In this document: piece after piece, positions 44,083 to 53,611 of the stretch | How positions within the stretch are numbered: position 1 is the first letter of the stretch | How the letters are laid out: the number at the start of each line of letters is the position of its first letter | Assembly: GCA_049999805.1 (NCBI GenBank) | Contig: JBNGIO010003079.1 | Location: forward strand, 1-64,000 | Length of the DNA: 64,000 nucleotides | DNA from: Folioceros fuciformis | Taxonomy: Eukaryota | Direction: 5' to 3' | Translations under genes and position numbers: made by a program | Notes under the pieces: generated by a model | What the model was told of the DNA's origin: nothing | Database searches by the model: none | What the model saw: only the letters and a program-made list of their open reading frames with translations

Positions 44083-47000
44083 ATGGCTGCTGGCCTAACA
44101 GACATTCTGGGAAGAGCTTCGGCTCGTCTGTCGTCGAAAAAAAAGCTTTGTTCGCACAACCAGCTCGAGAGATGGAGCAACTTGGCACCGAAGCCAAGTG
44201 GACTCCTGGCTGCAGACGGATCTTCCAGCGAGGGTGGTCGCCAGGAGTATTTGTGGCGGCAGTTTTTCTGGGACCCAACATTGTGGTGGGATAACAGGGA
44301 ACAGAAGAGAAGCTTCCGAGCTCCTGACTTCCGGCACAAGCAGTCCCAAGAGGACCTCTGGTTGAACAATTTTCACAAGCCAGCATGGGTGGATGCGCAT
44401 CTTGCTGCACTGGATATGGGCATGGGGCGTGGGGTCTCCAACAGGAGGTTGCTGGATGATCCTAACCACGAACGTGTGGGCGTCACGACCGAAACTTTGA
44501 GCAGGCTATGTCATGAGGGCCATCTCACCGAGGCAGTTGAGGTTTTGGAGGCACTGGTGCAGACAGAGGTCTGTGTTTCTGGATCTCTCTGTTACGCTGT
44601 GCTGAAGAAATGTGTGTTGAAGAAGGATCTGGTGATGGGTACCCGCGTGCATGCTCTCACGCTGAAACTTGGGTACCAGTCAGACACGTTTCTGGGTTTC
44701 CACACCCTGCGGATGTATGCTGCTCATGGCAAGTTGCAAGATGCGGTGGACGTGTTTGAGGCCGTTGCGGAGCCTGATGCCTTCACGTGGTGTGCAATTA
44801 TTTCTGCGCATGTGAAGCATGGACAAGACAAGCAGGCTGTGCGACTGTATCATCGGATGCGCCGGTCCGGTGTGAAGCCAGATGGGCACGTGTTTGTAGC
44901 AGCGCTTCAGGCTTGTGCAATGGGATTGGACTTGATATCTGGACAGCAGGTGCATGCCGATGTGTTGGCCACTGGTATGGAGCGTAATTTGTTCGTTTGT
45001 AGTTGTTTGGTGGACATGTATGCCAAGTGTGGCAGCTTGGAAGCCGCTCAGAGAGTATTTAATGGACTTGTTCAAAAGGATGTGGTGACGTGGAATTCCT
45101 TGATAGCAGGGTACTCCCAGCAGGGCATGGGGCAGGAGGCTCTCCGTCTGTACAGCGCCATGCTAGAAGAGGGCCTGGTTGTACCCAACTCCGTTACTTT
45201 TGCATGCCTTTTGCAGGCTTGTGGCAGTGTGGGTAACCCTGCGCTGGAGACGGGGAGGCAGCTTCATGCCCAGATCGGAGAACGAGGACATCAAGCTGAT
45301 GTCTTCGTGGCCAGTAGTTTGGTAAACATGTATGCCAAGTGTGGTAGCTTGAGGGATGCTCAGGGAGTGTTTGATCAACTTGGTCCAAAAAATGTAGTAA
45401 CATGGAATGCCTTGATAGCAGGGTATTCTCAGCAGGGCATGGGGGAGGAAGCCCTTGATCTTTACAGTGCTATGCTAGAAGGAGGTATGGCAGCACCCGA
45501 TTCCGGGACATTTGTGTCCCTTCTGCAGGCATGTGCACGTGTGGGCACCCTCGCACTGCAGAAAGGGAAACAGTTGCATTCACAGATCAGAGGAGTCGGT
45601 CTTGAAGCGGATGCGTCTGTAGCCAGCAGTTTATTGAACATGTACGCAAAGTGTGGCAGCTTGGAAGACGCTGAGAGTGTGTTTGAGGGGATTGATCAGA
45701 AGGATGTGGTGATGTGGAACTCCATGATAGCAGGATATTCCCAGCAGGGCATGGGCCAGGAAGCCCTTCGGCTGTACAATACAATGCAAAACGAAAGCAT
45801 CTCTGTACCAGACTCTGTTACGTTCATCTGCCTCTTGCAGGCATGTGCAAGTTTGGGCACCCAGGCATTGCAAACAGGAAAGCAGCTTCATGCAGAAATT
45901 AAGGAACGAGGTCATCAAGCTGATTTGTTTGTAGCCAACGGTTTGGTGAACATGTATGCGAAGTGTGGGAGCCTGGAAGATGCTCAGAGAGTCTTTGATG
46001 GACTTGGTAGAAAAGATTTGGTTACGTGGAATGCTATAATAGGAGGGTATTCCTATCAGGGTATGTTGTCAAAAGCCCTTTGCCTCTACGATGCCATGCA
46101 GGAAGAGGGCCAAGCTGAACCTGATTCTGTGACCTTCGTGTGCCTCTTGCAAGCTTGTGCAAGCCTGGGCGTCGCAGCATTGGAGAATGGGAAGGAGCTT
46201 CATATGCAGATCAGAAAGAGAGGACATGAAGCTGACGTGTTTGTCGGCAACAGCTTAGTGAGCATGTATGCAAAGTGCGGTAGCGTAAAGGATGCACACA
46301 GAGCGTTTGATGGACTTGGCCAGAAAAATGTGGTGACATGGAATGCCTTGATAGCAGGATATTCCCAACAGGGTATGGTGTGGGAAGCCCTTGGTCTTTA
46401 CAGTGCTATGCTAGAAGGAGGTATGGCAGTACCTGACTCCGTGACATTTATGTGCCTTCTACAGGCATGTGCAATTATGGGCACCCTGGCATTGCAAGAG
46501 GGAATGCAGCTTCATGCACAGATCAGAGGAGCTGGATATGAAGCCGACGTTTTTGTAGCCAACAGCTTGGTTAACATGTATTCAAAGTGCGGCAGCTTAG
46601 AAAATGCTCAGAGAGTCTTTGACAAACTTGGAAAAAAAGATTTAGTGACATGGAATGTTATGATAGGAGGGTATTCACAGCAGGGAATGGGGCAGGAATC
46701 TCTTGATCTATACAATGCTATGCAGGACGAAGGCACGGTTGCACCTGACTCGGTGACATTTGTGTCCCTCCTGCAGGCATGTGCAACCATTGGATCCCCG
46801 GCCTTGGAAAAGGGGAAACAACTTCACGCAGAGATCAAATCACTGGGATATGAGTCTGATGTTTCCGTATTGAACAGTTTGGTGAAAATGTATATAAAAT
46901 GTGGGAGTTTGGAATATGCGCAGGGTCTGTTTGACGGAATCGACCAAAGAGATGTGGTGACTTGGAATGCCATGATAGCAGGATATTCTCAAAACGGTAT

Positions 47001-48177
47001 GGGGCAGGAAGCCATTCGTCTCTACAGTGCTATGCAAGAAGATCGCAGGGCTGTGCCTGATTCCACGACGTTTGTCTACCTCCTGCAGGCGTGTGCACGA
47101 ATCGGCTCTCTGGCATTGCAGAAGGGTAGGCAGGTTCATGCTCAAGTCAAGGAACGAGGGCATCAAACTGATGTCTTTGTGGCCAACAGTTTGGTAAACA
47201 TGTATGCAAAGTGTGGGAGCTTGGAAGATGCTCAAAGAGTGTTTGACGAACTCGACCAAAAGGACCTGGTAACATGGAATGCCATGATAGCAGGGTATTC
47301 CCAGCAGGGTATGGGACAAGAAGCCCTTTGTCTTTACCATGCTATGCAATCACAAGGCATGGCTGTGCCTGATTCCGTAACATATGTGTGCCTTCTCCAG
47401 GCATGTGCAAAAGTGGCAGCTTTGCATTCAGGAAGGCAGGTACATGCACAGATTGTAGCTCAAGGGCTTCAGGTGGATGTGGTTATAGCAGCCAGTCTGA
47501 TTGACATGTATGGGAAGTCTGGGAGCATGGTTGACGCACAGCAGGTGTTTGATGCTTTGCTTGAAACAGACGTCGTCGTCTGGAATGCTCTCATTGCAGG
47601 CTACGCCAGTCAGGGCGACAGTGACGTGGTCTTTAACTTGGTCCAGAGAATGGAAGACGATGGCATACAGCCAGACGGCATCACACTGTCCAGTATACTA
47701 ACAGTTTGCAGTCATGCAGGCCTGGTGAACAAGGGATGGGAGTGCTTCGAGGCCATGAGCAGACACTACTGCATCCCTCCTACCGAAATACATTACACAT
47801 GCATGGTAGATCTCCTAGGCCGTGCAGGCCAACTGAATGAGGCACTAGATTTAATAAGCACAATGCCTTTACCGCCCAGTGCTGCAATTTGGCACACCCT
47901 GTTGGGTGCTTGTCAAAAATGGAGCGATGTGGATGTGGGACTCCATGCCTTCAACGAGGCAGTGAAGCTAGACACAAAAGATGCTGCAGCATATGTGTTG
48001 ATGTCGAACGTATACACCGGTGCCCAAATGTGGGACTGGGCACACAAAATGCAAACAAAGAGAACAAGAGTCAGGGCATGGAAGCCAGCAGGCCTGAGCT
48101 GGTGGACGGACAAGGAGGGACTGGTGCATAGCTTTTCGGTTGGGAATACGAAGCTTCTTCCCAGCATGCAAACGTGA
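44083..48177 (+). CDS. Intronless PLS-class PPR protein: targeting peptide + OSB-type PDF motif + ~32 PPR motifs + E1-E2 + WW-type PG-box, no DYW catalytic part
   Basis: Repeating P (DVVTWNAMIAGYSQQG), L (PDSVTFVCLLQACA) and S (VFVANSLVNMYAKCGS) motifs, then P2-L2-S2, E1 AAIWHTLLGAC and E2 AAAYVLMSNVY. Ends KPAGLSWWTDKEGLVHSFSVGNTKLLPSMQT*. Confidence 0.95.
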   Translation: MAAGLTDILGRASARLSSKKKLCSHNQLERWSNLAPKPSGLLAADGSSSEGGRQEYLWRQFFWDPTLWWDNREQKRSFRAPDFRHKQSQEDLWLNNFHKPAWVDAHLAALDMGMGRGVSNRRLLDDPNHERVGVTTETLSRLCHEGHLTEAVEVLEALVQTEVCVSGSLCYAVLKKCVLKKDLVMGTRVHALTLKLGYQSDTFLGFHTLRMYAAHGKLQDAVDVFEAVAEPDAFTWCAIISAHVKHGQDKQAVRLYHRMRRSGVKPDGHVFVAALQACAMGLDLISGQQVHADVLATGMERNLFVCSCLVDMYAKCGSLEAAQRVFNGLVQKDVVTWNSLIAGYSQQGMGQEALRLYSAMLEEGLVVPNSVTFACLLQACGSVGNPALETGRQLHAQIGERGHQADVFVASSLVNMYAKCGSLRDAQGVFDQLGPKNVVTWNALIAGYSQQGMGEEALDLYSAMLEGGMAAPDSGTFVSLLQACARVGTLALQKGKQLHSQIRGVGLEADASVASSLLNMYAKCGSLEDAESVFEGIDQKDVVMWNSMIAGYSQQGMGQEALRLYNTMQNESISVPDSVTFICLLQACASLGTQALQTGKQLHAEIKERGHQADLFVANGLVNMYAKCGSLEDAQRVFDGLGRKDLVTWNAIIGGYSYQGMLSKALCLYDAMQEEGQAEPDSVTFVCLLQACASLGVAALENGKELHMQIRKRGHEADVFVGNSLVSMYAKCGSVKDAHRAFDGLGQKNVVTWNALIAGYSQQGMVWEALGLYSAMLEGGMAVPDSVTFMCLLQACAIMGTLALQEGMQLHAQIRGAGYEADVFVANSLVNMYSKCGSLENAQRVFDKLGKKDLVTWNVMIGGYSQQGMGQESLDLYNAMQDEGTVAPDSVTFVSLLQACATIGSPALEKGKQLHAEIKSLGYESDVSVLNSLVKMYIKCGSLEYAQGLFDGIDQRDVVTWNAMIAGYSQNGMGQEAIRLYSAMQEDRRAVPDSTTFVYLLQACARIGSLALQKGRQVHAQVKERGHQTDVFVANSLVNMYAKCGSLEDAQRVFDELDQKDLVTWNAMIAGYSQQGMGQEALCLYHAMQSQGMAVPDSVTYVCLLQACAKVAALHSGRQVHAQIVAQGLQVDVVIAASLIDMYGKSGSMVDAQQVFDALLETDVVVWNALIAGYASQGDSDVVFNLVQRMEDDGIQPDGITLSSILTVCSHAGLVNKGWECFEAMSRHYCIPPTEIHYTCMVDLLGRAGQLNEALDLISTMPLPPSAAIWHTLLGACQKWSDVDVGLHAFNEAVKLDTKDAAAYVLMSNVYTGAQMWDWAHKMQTKRTRVRAWKPAGLSWWTDKEGLVHSFSVGNTKLLPSMQT

Positions 48178-48671
48178 ACTCGATGTTCCTAACATGACCT
48201 CTTCGCTTTTCAGACAACCACAGGTCTGCGTAGTGCAGCCTGCACCTGTCATTTGCAGGCACGCACTTCTGCACTGCCAACTTCCGCCTTTGCCCCCCGT
48301 ACCGTTTCACACAACGGCTCGTGACCTAATGAAGGTGTGGAGATTGGAGATCTTACTTGGATGGATACAGAGCTAGGATTTGCATCCAAATTTTGCTCAA
48401 AAGGTCACTAAACGGAATCCACCTAATTTTAGTATGTATTACCTATATAATGGGTCCTAGTCCCTTTCTTTTTTTTAAAATTTGTCTTAATACAAAATCA
48501 AAGAAATGGAGATGTTGGGACCTTAGCGAAGAAGCCAAAGTGGTGCTTTTTGTTTTTGACGAGAAGTTGGAGCACAGGTGTATCTATATGTGATCCGTTT
48601 CCGGACTTAAGCAGGGCGACAAGCCGTAGAGGAAGGCAATAAATTGCAGTCCCCAGGATGCAAGGCTATCC

Positions 48672-48679
48672 TAGGGTTT
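48672..48679 (-). promoter_or_regulatory. Telo-box-like motif upstream of the symplekin-like gene
   Basis: tagggttt ~85 bp upstream of ATG 48760; a similar ctagggttg lies at ~56010 upstream of symplekin. Motif match only. Confidence 0.3.
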
Positions 48680-48759
48680 GAGCTGGTAAGTCGTAGCTCC
48701 AGACAAGCTCGTAGTGTGAGCAAGGAGAGGAGAGGGAAGGTGAGAGTCGGAGGGGAGGG

Positions 48760-51700
48760 ATGGCCGCCGAGGGCGACCGCGTGAGGGCCCGAGCGCGCGT
48801 CCAGGTGATGGCGCTGATGCACGAATGCAGACACGCCGAGGACTGGAAGTGCAAGCAGGAAAGCCTGCAGCGCGCTCTGGACCTGGTGCTGCAGGAGGTG
48901 CCGGAGCAGCTCACGAAGCTGTTGCAGCTCCTGCTGGAGGAGCTGCATGGAGGCGGTTGGGAGCGGCGGAGTTATCTGGCGAAAGTGATGGAGCTCGTAG
49001 GGTGCAGGTTCTTCAACGAGGTGCCCGTAATGGTTACGATCATGCTGCCGACCCTGGTGCTGCTGCTGCGGGATCACGTTCCTGAGGTGGTGATGGAGGC
49101 CATGGTTGCAGCTCAGAAGCTCTTGAAACGCGGCTTCCGGGAGCTGGTTGTGCAGGAGAGGGAAGCCGGGAAGGTGGATGACTCGCTGGTTGAGGTCTGG
49201 CGGAGAATGGTTGGCGTGAAGGAGTTGGTGGCTCCTATGCTCGGCGCTAGCCATGATGTTCGGGTGCGCTCGCGCGCGGTGAAGTATTTCGAGCACCAGG
49301 CGTTGCTCTTCTCGCCGGATCCTGAGAGGTCTGGGAAAGAGGAGGAGTGTAGTGTGGCGTGGATCGAGGGACGGGTGCACCCCGTGCTGGTCGTGAGTGA
49401 ATTAGGGCAAGAAGCTGCGAACAGCGTGGATCTGCTGTTGACCATGTTGCGGGAGCCCGCGGCTTCGAAGTTGACCAGTACTTTGGTGCTGGTGCTGTTT
49501 AACAGCTTGGAAAGCATTGCTAGGAGGCGGCCGAGTTTGTTGAAGACGATCCTGCCGGGGTTGATGGATTTCGCGCCACGGTGTGAAGGTTTGAAGGAGG
49601 TCCTGGGTCGGGAATGTCTCATGGCGAACGTGATGCGATGTCTGTGGATCAATTTGAACCGCCTCCTTAAGTATTGCCAGATTTGTGCTCCAGACTTGCA
49701 CAAGCGGTTGGTGCCGCTGGTGAGAGAGATGCAGTCGGAATTTATGCCTCGACTCAGCCGAGGCCAGCGGGTAGAAAACGAGAGGGGCGGTATGGATCGG
49801 CGGGCAAGGTTGCAGGCATCTTCTTCCTCTGCTAACCCGGAGCCGGAGCTTGATCCTGGTTATCTGGATGGGGTGCGGAAGCGGGCTTTCACGCAGGAGA
49901 ATGGGGGGGCCAGGGTTGAGGGAGCCGTCGATCGTGCTAAACGATCCAAGCTGAGCGCAGGTGAGCAGGAGTTAGACTCGGCGACCAAGGTTCAGCAGGT
50001 CGTGCGATCGGATGCACAGGATGGTAGGATTCCTCAGCAGGAGTCTATGGAAGTGCAGCAGGAGCTGGTTGAAACCCAGCAGAAGCAGGTTGAAAGCCAG
50101 CAGGAGCAGGTTGAAGCCCAGCAGGAGCATATGCTGCCTCCGGAGCAGAGCCAACTCCAGCAGCTGATCGGCATGATCGCCGCAATGTTAGCAGGAGGAG
50201 AGCAAGGGGCGCAGTCATGTAGGATTCTGGTTGACAGTTTGACCACAGACATGCTGGTCGACGTATGTATTGCGAATTTCGTTCACCTGCCGGCAGTTCG
50301 TCCCCCGGAAGACATATTTAGTGCGAATTTGGCTCAATTGCCGGGAGTTGGTCCCTCGGAAGAAAGTGATTCCGAGCCCAGTTCAGCAGACCACACATCA
50401 GGGCCGGCCGATGTGTTGCCTGCCGTCCCGGTTGTGGAGCCACAGCGTACAGCACCGGAGGAGGAAATTTTTGTTTTGGACGTCGTGCCTGCTCCTACGT
50501 CCGCAGGCAGCACTGCACAGGCATTGCTGCCTCAGGCCTTGTCAGCTGACCAGACAGCGAGCTCACCTGTGACAAGGAGCGAAGAAGTGAACAGCGTGAG
50601 AGACCCGAGAGCCGCAACGGCCATAGCCACCGAAGCCACGACAGTGAGTGTCACTAGGGACACAACACCTAGTAACGGGACTCAGCCGGCAGCAGATCTG
50701 CCCAGGGCTAGGTTTGTCCCAATGAGGCTGGGGAGGGAATCACCCTCAGGATCAGAAATCAAGGAGAAAGGCAGCGATAGTGAATCACACCTCAGCCCTG
50801 CAGCACTTCCTCCCTACAGCACATGGCAAGCAACAGCAGCAGCAGCTACAGCAATTCCTCCAGATCCTCGAGGCGTCGAGGCAGACACTGGTAGCCAACA
50901 GGCAGAATCTACAGTAGAAAATGGCCCCGAGCATGAAAGGGTGCCGAATAGTGGCATCACTCCCTCGGGAGATGTAACCACGGATGAGCCACAAGATCTT
51001 TGCAAAGCATCTGTTGAGCGCATTCGACAAAGCTACATGGCAACTTCAGGTGATGGGGGCTTGCAGGCTGGTTTGATTTCTCTTCTTGAAGGTAACGCCT
51101 CCGCGCCTGTTTTCAAAGATTATTATTCGCGTCACGACGGACATGCTCTGGCCATGGACGTCCTTGCTCGCATTTGCAATTCATCAGGTGACCGTGCGGC
51201 CTACGAGTTCTTCTTCGGAAGACTCTGCCATCGCATCTTGCACGCCTTCCCTCCAGACTCCATGCTCCTCGCCAAGCTAGTGTTTGAGGCCCCGCAAGTT
51301 CCAGCATCCACCCTTTCCCTCCTGAACAGCCTCCGCCAATCCGAGGGCCGGATTGGGCAACTTCTGTTCATCATCGGCCTGCTCTTCAGGCGGGATCGAC
51401 CTGACGAATTCCGTATGCGAAAACAATGTCTGGAGTTTGTGCTTCACTGCGCAATTCACGGATTCAGTTCGCTGCGATGCGGCGCGATCGAATTGGTGGT
51501 GAAGGAGCTGCACAGCCTGCCTTGGTTCTCAGGAAGGATAGAGACCTTTGCGATAGCGGTCCTCGACCAATCGAAGTTAGTTCAGGGGAACAACGTTAAG
51601 ACAGTCGCGCTGTACATGGAGCTTTGCCGCCAAAAGGCCGAATTGTTGGCCGCTTTGTTCCCAATTTATGGGAGTCCCTCGGCGTCGTCGACCTTCCGAC

Positions 51701-52056
51701 ACGCCGTTAAATCCCAAATTACTGAAGTTGTCAGAGTCATCCGAAGGAGCCCGTCTGTGTCGGTCCTGAAGCAAATTATAAACAAATATCGACATGCATC
51801 AGGGTGCCAACATTTGATCAAGCTTATGGATGATCCCGAGGCTAACACAGGGACGATGGTGGTGAGGGGCAAGGAGGTGACGAGAAAATCAAGGGGAGGT
51901 GATGGCGGACAGGGAAGGGAAAAGAGAGGTGACAAGGGGCAGGGAAAGGAACGTTACAAAGGAGAGAAGGAAAACGGGGACGAAAGGGGCGGTAATGAGG
52001 AGAAGGGAAAAAGTTGCAGGGTCTCCGAGAGAAAGGGAAAAGGAGCAAAAGGCTGA
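48760..52056 (+). CDS. Diverged, C-terminally truncated symplekin paralog, single exon
   Basis: Collinear with 56144-60094: RSYLAKVMELVG/RKYLAEVVELVG, ECSVAWIEGRVHPVL/ECNVAWISGGHPIL, HDGHALAMDVL/HKGHELALHVL, RIETFA/KIETFA. It lacks the final ~270-aa block. Confidence 0.85.
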   Translation: MAAEGDRVRARARVQVMALMHECRHAEDWKCKQESLQRALDLVLQEVPEQLTKLLQLLLEELHGGGWERRSYLAKVMELVGCRFFNEVPVMVTIMLPTLVLLLRDHVPEVVMEAMVAAQKLLKRGFRELVVQEREAGKVDDSLVEVWRRMVGVKELVAPMLGASHDVRVRSRAVKYFEHQALLFSPDPERSGKEEECSVAWIEGRVHPVLVVSELGQEAANSVDLLLTMLREPAASKLTSTLVLVLFNSLESIARRRPSLLKTILPGLMDFAPRCEGLKEVLGRECLMANVMRCLWINLNRLLKYCQICAPDLHKRLVPLVREMQSEFMPRLSRGQRVENERGGMDRRARLQASSSSANPEPELDPGYLDGVRKRAFTQENGGARVEGAVDRAKRSKLSAGEQELDSATKVQQVVRSDAQDGRIPQQESMEVQQELVETQQKQVESQQEQVEAQQEHMLPPEQSQLQQLIGMIAAMLAGGEQGAQSCRILVDSLTTDMLVDVCIANFVHLPAVRPPEDIFSANLAQLPGVGPSEESDSEPSSADHTSGPADVLPAVPVVEPQRTAPEEEIFVLDVVPAPTSAGSTAQALLPQALSADQTASSPVTRSEEVNSVRDPRAATAIATEATTVSVTRDTTPSNGTQPAADLPRARFVPMRLGRESPSGSEIKEKGSDSESHLSPAALPPYSTWQATAAAATAIPPDPRGVEADTGSQQAESTVENGPEHERVPNSGITPSGDVTTDEPQDLCKASVERIRQSYMATSGDGGLQAGLISLLEGNASAPVFKDYYSRHDGHALAMDVLARICNSSGDRAAYEFFFGRLCHRILHAFPPDSMLLAKLVFEAPQVPASTLSLLNSLRQSEGRIGQLLFIIGLLFRRDRPDEFRMRKQCLEFVLHCAIHGFSSLRCGAIELVVKELHSLPWFSGRIETFAIAVLDQSKLVQGNNVKTVALYMELCRQKAELLAALFPIYGSPSASSTFRHAVKSQITEVVRVIRRSPSVSVLKQIINKYRHASGCQHLIKLMDDPEANTGTMVVRGKEVTRKSRGGDGGQGREKRGDKGQGKERYKGEKENGDERGGNEEKGKSCRVSERKGKGAKG

Positions 52057-52222
52057 GGTGATGAGGGACTAGGAACTTGGTGAAAGTTTTCAGGGAGGTG
52101 ATCAGAGGCAGCGACGGAAAACGTGGAGCTTCAGAGTGGACGACCTTGCTTGTGACCCACATTTGTAGGTACCGTTCTTCGTGGGTGGATTGGGAACTGA
52201 CTGACTTGTGCAACATTGTTGT

Positions 52223-53611
52223 TTAGCTTTTGTGTTCCCCTTTCCCAGCAAGCAGAGGGGGAAGAATGGAGATGATGCCGATGAAGAAGAGCGTTGCCAC
52301 CGTCTTGAAGTCGTATAGTTCTGCGAAGGATTGCAGTTCTCCTAAGGAGAGACCAGCCTGTTTAGACACACCAGTAGTGATGCAGGGTTAGTGACAGGCA
52401 CAGCGGTGACGGGCAGCAGGAAAGGGAAAGCAGAGAAGAGAGGGCAAGTGAATTACTTACCCTGACGGTGACGAAGGCAGCAGGAATGAGGCCGATGAAG
52501 GTTGCCAGGAAGAAGGTGGAGTAAGGAATGCCCACGATGGGAGATGCAACGTTGATGAAAGTGTTAGGAAGAGTCGGGGTTATGCGTAGGAATAGCATGT
52601 AGTTGAGGAGGCTGCTCTTCCTCTTGGAGACCTGGAATCCGAGGCAGTTTCGGACATTCCGTGAGGCACAACCAACAATGAGTGGAAAGGAAGCGGAGAA
52701 GGAGTGAGCAACAGGACTAGGAGGAGTTATGAACCTCGTCCCGAAAGAGTTGCAGCTTGTCAGGCCACATCCAGAATGCGATGGGCTTGCCGATGTGCAC
52801 AGACAGGTAGTAGCAGGCTGAAGCTCCGGCTGTGGCTGTGATGACCACCAGAACAAGGCCCGGTACGACCCCGAACAAGGCTCCAGCAAGCAACGACATG
52901 AAAATGGTGCCTGGAATCATAAAAGTCTGCATGAAGACATAGGTGACGAAGTACCCCAGCACAACCTGTGCAGTGTAGTCCTCAGAATAAGCTGCCAAGT
53001 AGTCCCTACAGTGAGGTCACAACAGCTCACTGTCAAAACTCCATTAACTCACAGTACAGTGCTCACACATGACTCCTGCACAGTTCAGGTCTTTCTTTCT
53101 TCAACGCATTCACAGTTTAGGTCTCCGTTCTTGAACAAGGAGTTCTGCATACACACCGTCAACTCGATTGAACAACAATAAAAGTGGAACTCAGCTTCAA
53201 GCCTTTGTTTCTCTTCCACTACGAGTATCCTCGTACTGAAAAACCATGCGAACACAACTCTTCTTTCCCATCTTTTTCTATAATAAATTCCACTTGACAT
53301 ATTCAACACAACATGCAACCACATCTGGGTGTGCCCTCGTACCTGAGACTACGAAGCTCATCGATCGTCCTTGGGAATTCTAGCCGGCTGTAGTCCACAG
53401 ACGGCATGGTGAAGTAAATCGCGGACAATAAAACCGCGTAGGCCAGAAACAGTGAAGAGACTGCCATCATTTCCTTGCGAGTCAGAGGACTGCTGCTCCT
53501 CTTCTGCTGCCGCCCACTGGCCTTCAAATCGGCCTCCAATTTCCTCTCTTCCTCCGTCTCATCTCTGCCCGATGTGGTTGCAGCTGCGGCCAATCTGCTC
53601 CTTTCAGTCAT
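52223..53611 (-). CDS. DedA/VTT (SNARE-associated Golgi protein) family membrane protein, TMEM41-like (multi-exon)
   Basis: LEFPRTIDELRSLR, YVFMQTFMIPGTIFMSLLAGALFG, LLNYMLFLRITPTLPNTFINVASPIVGIPY, AGLSLGELQSFAELYDFKT. TAA at 52223-52225. Confidence 0.92.

Noticed and set aside
48079-48110. 'KPAG' read as a KP-type (U-to-C) DYW signature
   Set aside because: It continues LSWWTD (WW type) rather than KPAxAxIEV, and there is no catalytic domain.
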